A stretch of DNA of 64,000 bases from Macrostomum lignano. Lineage: Eukaryota. The translations under genes were made by a program, and so were the position numbers. The DNA is taken from assembly GCA_002269645.1 (NCBI GenBank), contig NIVC01000089.1:682001-746000 (forward strand). The letters are read 5' to 3'. Positions 13,385 to 24,460 of the stretch are shown here, piece by piece (position 1 is the stretch's first letter; each line of letters begins with the position of its first letter). The notes under the pieces were generated by a model. That model did no database searches and had not been told where the DNA came from. It saw nothing but the letters and a program-made list of their open reading frames with translations.

Positions 13385-13565
13385 ATAAAAAGCCGGAACA
13401 TGCTATGGCTGCGGTAAGGATTGAGGAGGGCCCAAGGGCCAGGAAATAAAACAGTATGCTATAATTGTTCTCGAATGGGGAACAAATTAAGTTTTGATTT
13501 TTGGAGACACTTCCAAGAAGACCCTATCTCTCTTCCGCGAGCTCCAAGTCCTTTTGTGCCCCAGC
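13385..13565 (+). mobile_element. LTR-like dispersed repeat, copy 1 (continues at 15491-15507 after the P element; PBS-like 15508-15520)
   Basis: Aligns with 25917-26105. TATA-like tatatataaaa at about 13380; AATAAA at about 13444; followed by tggcatcacaaca, which resembles the tRNA-Ser PBS TGGCGTCACGAACA. Confidence 0.45.
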
Positions 13566-15482
13566 CAAGGACAACTTGATAACTCAGGACCGGAAACGAG
13601 CCAATTCATGGCGAAAAAAGTATGAGGCTCGTTTAAAAGCATTGTTCTATGGCCCATCCGTATGCGCATGCTTTCAGTTGCCAATGTATACTCGTATCAT
13701 ATTTGACTTTTTGATAGGCAGTCAGAAGGCGGCTGCAGGGTCGGTTTTCTTAAATCTTGAATAGTTTTATTACATGTTACGCAGCATCCCCAGAACATCT
13801 GCTTCAGGGAAGTAAAACTCGCCAACGGCAGCAAACAATTCCGCACTCGCAAAGCACATGACGGTGATCGCAGCGAAATGAAGCATCCGAAACAGAGGCA
13901 AGCAAAATTGAACAGCTACTTACCAAGATGAAAAATTGGTATCAGCCTTAGAACAAATGGCTTACCGCCGAACAATGGCTTCAACATTATTGCGAGCACT
14001 GTTCGAGCAGTTTTGTTATGATTGTCTGACGCTTGGCCGAGCAGATGTTGGCACCGATAGCGAATCGATGGCTGGACATACATTTCATCGAAAATCAACA
14101 CACAAGACTTATGCTGCGGTTTCAGTTTGGCAAATGTGACCTTTACGATCTCGTGTGCATCATTTTCAGTGCCAATCTCTCCTAGACCAGCCAACTGAGT
14201 GCGTAATGTGCGTTGGTGGGGCAAAGGAAGGAGCGTCTGTGCATGCGCGTGTGCAGAACTGCTAATCAGATAAAGCAAAGCAGATTGGCGCATAGTGGCA
14301 ATGTCGTATCGTCGATTGTTTGGGTGCGTTGTGGCGAACTCGAGTAGCTTCAGGATGAATGTAACCGATGTGTCCGGTACAACTCCATCGTGGTTAAAGG
14401 CAATAGAAAGGTTCTTAGATAATGCCTTCACCTCACTTTCGACGTCCACTGTAGAGTTTTTACAACGATTTATGATAGCTTCAAGTTGCGACCAATATTT
14501 TAATGTTGGTTGAAATCCAAGCAGATCTCAAGCCGCAACTGGTGAGTGTAACCGAAAGCATCGCACGGAATAGTTTGGTGAAACGAAAACCCGCAGAACC
14601 ATTTCGGCATTGGCGCTTAACGAGAAGATAAACACCTCCTCTTGAACAATGGTAACAATAAGCTGATGTGCTTTGATGACGTCTGAACAGTGAATGGATG
14701 CTCGGAATTCAGTCCACGATGGCAGCATGTCACGCTCTCGAAATTCTACTAGTTCATAGTTCATCTTGGAAAAGTCATCGTTCGGACAACAGCACGCCCC
14801 TTCCCTCAGCATGTCGACTGGCACGCACTGCAATATCCAAGCACGCATCTTAGTGTTTCGTTTCGACCCTATTTGATGGAGTGCAAATACGCTCGAATAT
14901 TTGAATTAAAGCAGTAGAAATTCACAAACCTTGTGTTTGAACGAGGCAGGACTGCTGGACTCCGTCGAAAACTGATGGTGGATGTAGCGGCCTTTCATTT
15001 CTTCCCTTTTTTATCATTGGTGCATCTTGAGACCAGTGCTTAGCACACTCGCCCATGTAGTCTGTCACGGTCTAAACAACAACAAAATTGTTAATGAATT
15101 CATGTGGACAGGCTAAATCTGATTCACAAAGCACATTTGAAGAAAGTCTTACCGTCAGTTGATTAGGCAGTGACAGTCGCCAAGCCTCTCGTTCAGTTGC
15201 ATCTTTGGAAACGAAAATACTGCAACATTCCGATCACGGTTACTATTGTAGTTTGCACAACAGAAAATGACGCTGCATTTTCTCGGCATGATATTTAGTT
15301 TCAGCGAGAATAAAAGTTCTCTCTCTCAATTGCAAGTGCATGCGAAGAATTCAATTTTCAGCTCAGATTTCTTCGCTTTTGTAGCTTTGGGTGGGCCATA
15401 GAACAATGCTTTTAAACGAGCCTCATACTTTTTTCGCCATGAATTGGCTCGTTTCCGGTCCTGAGATATCAAGTTGTCCTTG
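13566..15482 (-). mobile_element. P-superfamily (THAP/Galileo-like) DNA transposon, internally deleted
   Basis: 91-bp TIRs starting CAAGG (1 mismatch); perfect 8-bp TSD GCCCCAGC (13558-13565, 15483-15490); encodes a THAP domain and the P transposase N-terminal region. Confidence 0.9.
13916..15289 (-). pseudogene. Defective THAP / P-element transposase (spliced, truncated before the catalytic core)
   Basis: ATG at 15289: MPRKCSVIFC..VFSFP[1-nt deletion]KDATEREAW.., intron, then ECAKHW...PPSVF (THAP C2CH). In-frame TGA at 14528. Then LYLISSSA...LPLPHQRTL...CVLIFDEMYVQPSIRY...ARTVLAIML; the frame ends at 13916. Confidence 0.85.
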
Positions 15483-15951
15483 GCCCCAGCACAGCAGTAG
15501 AATAAATTGGCATCACAACAAGCTGGATAGAATCCAATAGTTTAGGGCACAGATACTATATAACTAGATAGGTCACTCGGTTAATTTACTCTCACGCTAC
15601 TCTTAGGACCAGCCATCAGTAGTGAAAAATAGCCAAAATAAAGAATCAATGGTAAAGCGTCTCTGCATGGTAAAGCAGGTTTAGAAGAGATTCATTTTCT
15701 GCATGCGTGCATGGTAAAGCAGTATTCAAGTTGTCGAGTTCGTGTCATAGACAAAACATATTAATAGCACTGCGCCGCAGCGATGCCTAGCACTTTTTCC
15801 TAAAAATATATATATAGATATGGCTCTCTTCTTCTGCTTGGTCAAGCAAAAGGGTCTTTTAGCCATAGACAACAAAATTAACAGCGGTGCCCAGTCATAT
15901 ATGTAGGAGAAAGGAAACCAAGACAACGCTTTAGTCGCTGCTGTTGCTGTT

Positions 15952-18277
15952 GTTGTTGTTGTTGTTGTTGTTTGCGCTGAAGGCGCGAACATCCTAGTTT
16001 GCATCGTTCTCTTTCCACTTGGTGCGGTACCAGGCCCAGTACCGGAGCGCCACCTCTGGATGCTCGTTGAGGTGGTGCAGCTCCGTGGGCCCGTCCAGCC
16101 TTCGCCTGATCTCCGTGGCCGGGCACTGACTGCTCACATGTACGACCGTTTCTTCTTCGGTCCCGCACGCCGGGCACATTGCGTCGGTGGTTCTGCCTAT
16201 CCGCCGGCAGTAGGCCCTCAACTCCAGCGAGTGGCCCGTGCGGAATCGAATAAAGCTAACCGCCTCCGCCCTGTTCTTGTAGGCTGGGTGCCTGGCCGTA
16301 CCGAGGTGGCCATAGGTGTCTTTCGATCTTTCGTGCGACCAGTACCTGCTGTTCTGGCTGGCCGCCTTCGTCTCGGCTGCCAGTCGTCTGCGGACAACGC
16401 TCGCCAGTACTCCGGCCTCCGCCTGCGGCAGTGTCGTCGCGCCGCCGGCCACTTCGTCCGCGGCCTCGTTGCCTTCCAGACCGCAGTGGGCCGGCGTCCA
16501 GCAGAGCGCAATCACTCGTCCGGTCTGGCAGGTCCTCGATAGCAGCTGGCGGATCTTTGTCGCGATCGGATTGCGGCCTCGGCCCTGCACTGCGAGGAGC
16601 CCACTCTTGCTGTCGGAAGCTATTAGCGCAGTTCTCCACGCCGGCTGCTCGCTGAGCCATTCCACCGCTAGCTCTAGGGCGGTGAGCTCGGCTTGCAGCG
16701 AGGAGGCCGGCTGCCCGGCTGCCCTCCGGAGGCTGATCTGATCTCCGACCTGCTCTCCTGTTAGACGCCCGCTCCGATAGATGACCGCACCGCTGCCGCC
16801 GCCCTCCCTCCGCACCGATCCGTCCGTGAAGATAGTGATGTCCGGGTCTGAGCTGGCCTGGTTGATCTTCGCTTGGGCCATCTCAAGGTTTCCGGCGCGC
16901 GACTCTTTCCTGGCATCGTCGGTGGATACGAAGAAGCTGATGTTATCTCTCCAACTCTGCCACGGGGGGAGGTCCGACATGTCCTCTAGCCTAGCCACCT
17001 CGGCTAGACCGGTGTTGGCGAGACCCTTCCTGGCCTGGGCTCTCCAACCCAGCCTCTTCAGCCTTTGCCGGGTCTGCTGGGTGCCGAGGCGGTATCTTGG
17101 CGAGCTGTGCTCGAGCCTGAGCCATCGGTCCAGTTTTGCGCTCCATATCACCTCGCTCTGCTCCCGGATCGACATCATCCCGCTTTCGCAGCGTAGGGCC
17201 TCAACCGGGGTGGTGGCGACCGCGCCGGTAATGATGCGTTCCGCGCTGTGCTGCACCACTTCGAGCTTACGCCAGGCCGCGCAAGTGAGCCACGGCATCC
17301 AGGCGCAGGCCCCATACAGCATCTTGCTCCGGATGAGGGCAACGTAGGTGTTGCGGATCAGCTCGGCCTGCCAGCCCCAAGAGCTGCCTGCGAGGCGCCG
17401 CATTAGGTTGAGGCGGTTCCGGCAGCTGTGGATCACATTGTCAGCGTGCGCTGTGAACCTCAGCTGTCTGTCAAACGTAAGCCCGAGGAACTTGGGCTGC
17501 TCAACCCATTGCATCGTCTGCCCTTGAAGCACGACGTTCGTGGCACCGGCCCTCTGCGGGGTCATCGCCGGGTCACTGGAGAAGAGGGTGAGCGAGCATT
17601 TCCCCGTGGCAACCGGTAGCAGCCATGCTTTGCTCCAAGCCTCCAGGGTGTCAACCGCCTTCTGCTGGGTGGACAAGGCCTCCGCTACTCTTCTGCTGCT
17701 GGTCCAGGTGGCTAGATCGTCCGCATAGCCGCTCACCTGCAGGTCCGGGATAGCGTCAAGTTGCCTGAGAAGGTCATCGATGAAGACGATGAAGAGCAGC
17801 GGCGAAAGCACGGATCCCTGCGGCAGCCCTTGCCGGAAAAGTTCCCGCTTGCTGTCCACGTCGCCGACCCGGACGCACGCCAGCCTGTTCGCTAGCCAGC
17901 TCTGTATCCATCTGACCGTTTTTGGGCCAATGCCAGCTTTAAGCAGCTTGATCAGCAGCCCGTCACGCCAAACCTTGTCGAACGCGCGCGCAAAGTCGAA
18001 CAGCGCCAGAACCGTTAGTTTTCGCTCTTGGAAGGCGTCGTCAATCGATTGGGACAGCCGGAGCAGTTGATCCTCCGTGGACCTGCCCCCTCTGAACCCG
18101 CTTGCGCTTCGCTGAGACCGCCGGTGGACTCCAGAACATGCTTGATTCGGTTCGCAAGCACCCGTTCCATCCACTTACCTAAGCTGGAGGTTAGGCTAAC
18201 CGGGCGGTAGGATCCTATGTCCTTGACGGGCTTTCCGCTCTTAAGAAGAGGTATGATGCGGGCCGTGCGCCAGTTGT
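15952..18277 (-). mobile_element. 5'-truncated non-LTR retrotransposon (I/Ingi/Loa-type, RT + RNase H + C-terminal CCHC)
   Basis: (CAA)n 3' tail at about 15952-15973; 13-bp TSD tgctgttgctgtt (15939-15951, 18278-18290); begins mid-RT (WRTARIIPLLKSGKP..SYRPVSLTS); no endonuclease. Confidence 0.9.
15994..18174 (-). CDS. LINE ORF2 remnant: RT - RNase H - zinc knuckle (a single -1 frameshift at about 18100 joins it to the upstream RT segment)
   Basis: LALFDFARAFDKV, GLPQGSVLSPLLF, GYADD, KFLGLTFD; RNase H FTDGS/QAELTAL/SDSKS/WTPAHCGLEGNEAAD; CPACGTEEETVVHVSSQC. Confidence 0.9.
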   Translation of the reverse strand: MDGTGACEPNQACSGVHRRSQRSASGFRGGRSTEDQLLRLSQSIDDAFQERKLTVLALFDFARAFDKVWRDGLLIKLLKAGIGPKTVRWIQSWLANRLACVRVGDVDSKRELFRQGLPQGSVLSPLLFIVFIDDLLRQLDAIPDLQVSGYADDLATWTSSRRVAEALSTQQKAVDTLEAWSKAWLLPVATGKCSLTLFSSDPAMTPQRAGATNVVLQGQTMQWVEQPKFLGLTFDRQLRFTAHADNVIHSCRNRLNLMRRLAGSSWGWQAELIRNTYVALIRSKMLYGACAWMPWLTCAAWRKLEVVQHSAERIITGAVATTPVEALRCESGMMSIREQSEVIWSAKLDRWLRLEHSSPRYRLGTQQTRQRLKRLGWRAQARKGLANTGLAEVARLEDMSDLPPWQSWRDNISFFVSTDDARKESRAGNLEMAQAKINQASSDPDITIFTDGSVRREGGGSGAVIYRSGRLTGEQVGDQISLRRAAGQPASSLQAELTALELAVEWLSEQPAWRTALIASDSKSGLLAVQGRGRNPIATKIRQLLSRTCQTGRVIALCWTPAHCGLEGNEAADEVAGGATTLPQAEAGVLASVVRRRLAAETKAASQNSRYWSHERSKDTYGHLGTARHPAYKNRAEAVSFIRFRTGHSLELRAYCRRIGRTTDAMCPACGTEEETVVHVSSQCPATEIRRRLDGPTELHHLNEHPEVALRYWAWYRTKWKENDAN

Positions 18278-19049
18278 TGCTGTTGCTGTTTCAGTTATTT
18301 CAGTGCACTTCCCTATTAAAAAATAAATATATATTTGGTGCGACATAGACAACTACGATGTCGAAGATACCGAAGATGTCGATGACTTGATCAAGGCGTG
18401 TGAGGAAGCCGAGCGGCAGCCAGAAGAGAGCATCTTTGCTAGTGACCGACTCGCAGCGACCCGGCTCTATTGGCCCGGCGGCGGCCGACGACGACAATGA
18501 TGTTATGATCACTGCGAGCGTGGTCCCGGACAGTGACGAAGAGACACCAGGCCAGCCGATTAGCAGCAGCAGAACTAAACGAGAACTATTCGGCGACGAC
18601 GACGACGACTTCCAACCCCGATTGTCGTCACCAAGGACACCGCCGAGGGCCAAACGCGCCCACGAGCAGCAGCTGGCACTGCCATCGTCGCCGCTCAATG
18701 TTGTCATATCACAAAAGCCGGCCCTGGAGCGTCAACCGCGGATCTGGACGTCCTCGACTAAGAATTCGGCGACGAATTGGACTTGGACGCCACCGATGAT
18801 GTCGTCGCCTGCTAAGTCGTCTTTCTTCCTGTTTCTGCTACCTTTCCACTTTGCAATTTTGTCTCTTTTGACGTTTTTTTCTTGTTTATTTTGACAATAA
18901 CATCAGCAATTTTAGATGATTGTTTTAGTATATAGGACTGTACTAGCAATCTACGCCCCCCGTTGGGGAGCCAAAGAAATGCAATACACGTTTTTTTTAA
19001 TAAGCTACATGTATCCTTGAAATCTTAAAAAATCTTCTGTCAAACCTTG

Positions 19050-19900
19050 TAAGCCTTGACATGTCAGTAATTCCCCCCCACAAGCTTTAACATATCAACT
19101 TCCCCCCTTGACATCTCAGCCATGCCCCCAATAAGCCTTGGAAATCTAAAAATATCTGTCAACCTTCTAACCCTAACCCTAGCCTAACCCTAACCCTAAC
19201 CCTAACCCTAACCCTAACCTAACCCTAAAGCATTGAAATTTCAGTAATTCTCTCTAAGAGTCATTATAGCACTACTACAGCATTATAGCGATTCCCTGCA
19301 AGCCTCAACATCGTAGGGATTCCCAAATGAATCTCTTAACTTCGACATGAAGCTTCTTTTATTTTTTACATTACGCTTTTTTATCAGCGATCCCTCCCCT
19401 GAGGAGGCATCAAATAATGTAATAAAAAGTTTTCAATAAACTACATGTAGCTTCTGACTTTAGCCTTGAAATCTCATTTATACCCCGTGAGCCTTGACAT
19501 CTCAGCTATTCCCCCCGTAAGCCTTGACATGTCAGCAATGGCCCCCATAAACCTTGAAATCTAAAAAATCCCCTGTTAACCTTGAAACCCGATAAAATAT
19601 AACCCTCAACCCACACCTGACCTAAACCTAACTTTAACCCAACCTAAAGCCTTGAAATCTCAGCAATTCTTCTCCCCTAAGCCTTGACATTTTAGTGATT
19701 CCTTCTTTAAGAATCACAGCACTATAACGATTTCCACCAAGCTTTGACATCGTAGCAATTCCCAAATGAATCTTTTAACTTCGACATGACTTTTATTTTA
19801 TGTATACATAGTGCTACTTTTATTTTTTACATGACTCTTCTTCTATCAGCGCCCCCCCCGTGACATGAACTTTGAAGTAGCTTCTGACTTTTGCTTTGAC
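19050..19900. repeat. About 450-bp degenerate tandem duplication built from gccttgacatctcag-type subunits
   Basis: 19050-19480 and 19490-19900 share ordered motifs (gccttgaca..., aaatctaaaaa, ttcccaaatgaatct..aacttcgacatga). Confidence 0.6.
19167..19228. repeat. Interstitial telomere-type (TAACCC)n tract, about 10 units
   Basis: ctaaccctaaccctagcctaaccctaaccctaaccctaaccctaaccctaacctaaccctaa. Confidence 0.85.
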
Positions 19901-20094
19901 ATCTCAGAAACCCCCCCCCGTTATCTCAGTTATTCTCTGAGAGCCTTTACGTCTCAGTTTTTCTCCCCAGCACAGCATTATAATTGCATTTAATTTTTAC
20001 ATGAACCCTTCATGTCTGACATGACGTTTCTTTTATTCTACCGTGACGCTTCTTAATTTTTTAAATGACACTTTCATTAGTTTTCAAATGAGGT

Positions 20095-21600
20095 TTCTAT
20101 GATTTTTTCTTGACGCTTCTATGATTTTTACATGACGCTTCTATGATTTTTATATGACGCTTCTATGATTGTTTACATGACGCTTCTATGATTGTTTACA
20201 TGACGCTTCTATGATTGTTTACATGACGCTTCTACGATTTTTTACATGACACTTCTATGATTGTTTACATGACGCTTCTATGATTTTTTACATGGCGCTT
20301 CTATGATTGTTTACATGACGCTTCTATGATTGTTTACATGACGCTTCTATGATTGTTTACATGACGCTTCTACGATTTTTATATGACGCTTCTATGATTT
20401 TTTAAATGGCGCTTCTATGATTTTTTAATGACGCTTCTATGATTTTTTTACATGACGCTTCTATGATTTTTTACATGACGCTTCTATGATTGTTTACATG
20501 ACGCTTCTATGATTGTTTACATGACGCTTCTATGATTGTTTACATGACGCTTCTATGATTGTTTACATGACGCTTCTAGGATTGTTTACATGACGCTTCT
20601 AAGATTTTTTACATGACGCTTCTACGATTTTTTACATGACGCTTCTATGATTGTTTATATGACGCTTCTATGATTTTTTAAATGACGCTTCTATGATTGT
20701 TTACATGACGCTTCTACGATTTTTATATGACGCTTCTATGATTTTTTAAATGACGCTTTTATGATTTTTTAATGACGCTTCCATGATTTTTTAAATGACG
20801 CATCTATGATTGTTTACATGACGCTTCTATGATTTTTTAAATGACGCTTCTATGATTGTTTACATGACGCTTCTATGATTTTTTACATGACTCTTCTATG
20901 ATTTTTTAAATGACGCTTCTATGATTGTTTACATGACGCTTCTAAGATTTTTTACATGACGCTTCTACGATTTTTTACATGACGCTTCTATGATTGTTTA
21001 TATGACGCTTCTATGATTTTTTAAATGACGCTTCTATGATTGTTTACATGACGCTTCTACGATTTTTATATGACGCTTCTATGATTTTTTAAATGACGCT
21101 TTTATGATTTCTTAATGACGCTTCTATGATTTTTTAAATGACGCATCTATGATTTTTATATGACGCTTCTATGATTTTTTAAATGACGCTTCTATGATTG
21201 TTTACATGACACTTCTATGATTGTTTACATGACGCTTCTATGATTGTTTACATGACGCTTCTAAGATTTTTTACATGACGCTTCTACGATTTTTTACATG
21301 ACGCTTCTATGATTGTTTACATGACGCTTCTATGATTTTTTAAATGACGCTTCTATGATTTTTATATGACGCTTCTATGATTTTTTACATGACGCTTCTA
21401 GGATTGTTTACATGACGCTTCTACGATTTTTTAAATGACGCATCTATGATTTTTATATGACGCTTCTATGATTTTTAAATGATGACGCTTCTATGATTGT
21501 TTATATGACGCTTCTATGATTTTTTACATGACGCTTCTATGATTTTTTAAATGATGCTTCTATGATTTTGTAAATGACGCTTCTATGATTTTTACATGAC
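20095..21600. repeat. About 23-bp minisatellite (about 65 units)
   Basis: Unit catgacgcttctatgattgttta, with variable T-run. Confidence 0.95.
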
Positions 21601-24248
21601 TTATGAACTTATTGATGTCTTACTCGTAAATGAAAGGGCGTATGTTACTGCCTATTCTGCGCAAAAATAAGCATCTTACAATCAATAGCGTACACAGGAG
21701 ATACATTGAAAAATCGGCCATCAATGAAATTTTCGCCAATTCTGAGTCTTGCATCCTTCTACTTAAGTAGTCCTTGAGTCAAGAATGTACACTGTAGAAG
21801 ATTGTGCATATGGTTGAAAACTCCCGATCGATTTCATTTTAGTCACTGATAAAAATGTTTCTTATAATTTGCATTTACACTACTGTCCTAAGAGAGTATC
21901 ATTTTTGATCCCCACAGCGAGATAGGGAGTGACCTATCTAGTTATATAGTATCTGTGGTTTAGGGTGTCTAGATCTGACAGTCAAAATCGACAGTGTCCG
22001 CAGAGTTCGAGCCAAAAGCCTGTGTCTTTGTGTCTCTGCAGCAGCCGCCTCCAAAATTTCTGAAAGGCCGAAAAGCTGCTAGAAGACCACTTCGCCACCC
22101 GAGTCAATGTATGGTCGCAGAGCGGTACCAATTTCGCCAACGGGCACAGCGACCTGGAGAATCGGTAGCCAACTACGTAGCTGCCCTGCAAGCTCTGTCC
22201 ACACACTTGCGAGTTCGGCAGCTTCAAGGACGAGATACAAGGGAGATCTCGGACAAGGGCGAGACCAGTTGGGTTGAGAAGGTGCACAGTGACAGAATCA
22301 GAGAACGGCTGCTCATCGAGAAAGAACTGGCGTTCGAAATCGCTGTGGAGCTGGCAAAAGCAGCTGGAAACTGGAATGCGAGAGGCCAGCTCACTGCGCA
22401 CCACTGTGACGACCGGAAACTCCATCGGAGTTGGCCAGGTGATGTACCAGTCAGCTGCAAAATCTGCAGCCAAAAGCTACGCCAAGCCAAAGCGACAGTC
22501 CATGCAAATAGCCAGTGCTTGTGGCAAATGTGGACAGTCCAGCCACGCACCAGGGGTCAAGTGTCCAGCGCAAGAACAGAAATTCCGAGGTTGTGGAAGC
22601 TCATCCATTTCGAGCGAGTCTGAAGATCTACCGGCAAGGTTTGAGGTTTCCAAGACAAGGTCACCCTGTCGACCATCCAGTCTAACAAAGGCCTCAAGAC
22701 CTTCTGTCAAGTGAAGCTTGCGGAAAAGCCCCTGAGACTGTTGTTGGATACTGGTTCAAAAGTCACCATCATCTTGAAAGTAGCGTGCAAACGGCTCTTC
22801 AGCGGAATTAAGCTGCAACCTTCGTCGAAGCGGCTGAAGGCCTTCAAACGGCGGCGACATCTCCGTAATCGGCGAGATGCAGGTTCCCGTTGAGTACAAT
22901 GAGCTTCGAGTTCACGACGCTAACTACGATTATGCTGGTGAAGCACGGCTCTGAAATCATGGGCGACGATCTCACGGCGAAGCTGCATTCAGAGTGGTGA
23001 GCCAAGAGGGTGAGCCGGTGCGCAAGGAGGCCTCTGACGGCATGCCCAGCTGGGTGCCAGGAAAGTTCCAATACTTGGGTAAGGGCCTCGGCAAGATCAC
23101 AGCAGGATTTGTGCACAAGCCGAAGGTTAATCCAGCTGTTCCACCAGTAGCTCAACCACTGCGGAAAGTGACCCACAGTCTCAAAGAGCCAGCTGTCAAG
23201 GAGGAAATCTAGAAGCTGTTGTCAGAAGGTGTCATCGAGGAGGTGCACGCATCGGAGTGGGTGTCGAACCTGGTGATGGTTCCCAAGCTGAACGGCAAAC
23301 TGAATCTGCAACGATCGCAGAAACCCGAACAAGGCGATCGTGCTCGACAAACACCCACTGCCGACATTCGAGCAGCTGTCTGCGGAGTTTCTTTACGTTC
23401 AAGAATCTTTACGAAGCTTGATCTGAATTCATCCTACCTACAGTTGGAGCTGGCTGAAGACTCGCGCAATCTGACAACGTTCATCACCGACGAAGGCCTA
23501 TTCAGATACACATGAGTCTGCTTCGGGATGAATAGTGCGCCGATTGAATTTCAAAAAGTTCTATCGAAGGTGCTGGAGAAGATCACTTTATCGATGATCG
23601 ATGATCGATGATCGAAGATCACTTTATCGATATATACTTTATCGTGGTCCACTCAAAGACGAGAGGTGAGCACGAGAAGGCTGTCCTGGCAGTCCTTGAG
23701 CGTCTCAAGAAGCACAACATCACACTGAAACTAGAGAAATGCCAATGGGCCAGAGTACCTTGGCTACTATGTTTTCATTAGTGAGGACCTCAGACCGATC
23801 ACATCCAACGTGGACGCCATCACAAACATAAAGAGTCCAAAGTGTCAGAAGGAATTCGCCTCGTTTCTCGGAATGGTGAATTTTATGGCCACTTCTTGGA
23901 CAACCTGTCGACTGTGGCGGAGCCTTTGCTGCAGCTACTGCGGAAGAGAGTGCGGTGGCAATGGACGACGAAGCAGCAGCAAGCATATGAGGCTCTGAAG
24001 TCGATGATCGTATCGCCCCCATACTTGAAGTTCTTCAACACAGACTGTGCACTTGTGATTGTACAATTGTGCACCGCACGATCGTCGCCTGTGACAGCTC
24101 AGCTACTGCAATTGGCGCAGTCCTCGCCCAACAAGACAAGCAAGGCAACTGCCGCCTTGTTGCTTCAAGAACGCTGAACGCGGCAGAACGCAAGTATTCT
24201 GCTCCGAGTGCAATGCTCTGGTGTGCATTGTCGCGTGCGAACGATGAA

Positions 24249-24460
24249 ATTTCTTGAGGTAAGGTAGCACGCTTTAGAAGGCAAAGAAATATAAAAGTGA
24301 AAGTCAACATAGATTATATTCTTTCGATGCTTTTCGGTCCAACAAGGACCATCTTCAGGGTCTGGTATATTTTTTACTCACACAACAACTTTTACGTCTT
24401 TACGTCTTACGTCTTTCGTCCTACGTCTTTCGTCCTACGTCTTTACGTCCTAACTCTTAA
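24249..24460 (-). mobile_element. About 210-bp Penelope-like (pLTR-type) insert in the Gypsy RNase H region
   Basis: Interrupts ACER*N|VFLFGRNFEL; carries a hammerhead-like core; the right end has tandem copies of the target word acgtcttt. Confidence 0.55.
24325..24362 (-). ncRNA. Minimal hammerhead-ribozyme-like motif (Penelope type), probably degenerate
   Basis: Minus strand ccCTGAAGA-t-GGTCC-ttgtt-GGACC-GAAA-agca-TC-g: core and stem II intact; stem III is one base off the palindrome ATGCAT; stem I is only 1 bp. Confidence 0.5.

Noticed and set aside
13393-13520. SL RNA or snRNA interpretation of the dispersed repeat (donor-like GT, hairpin, ttttggag Sm-like site)
   Set aside because: No ATG before the donor as in flatworm SLs; no match to recalled U-snRNA sequences; TATA, AATAAA and PBS-like features fit an LTR better.
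16060-18210. Plus-strand ORFs overlapping the LINE; likewise antisense or alternate-frame ORFs over TLNRD1, CHD1L, TMEM116 and NSUN5 exons
   Set aside because: Shadow ORFs of GC-rich coding sequence.
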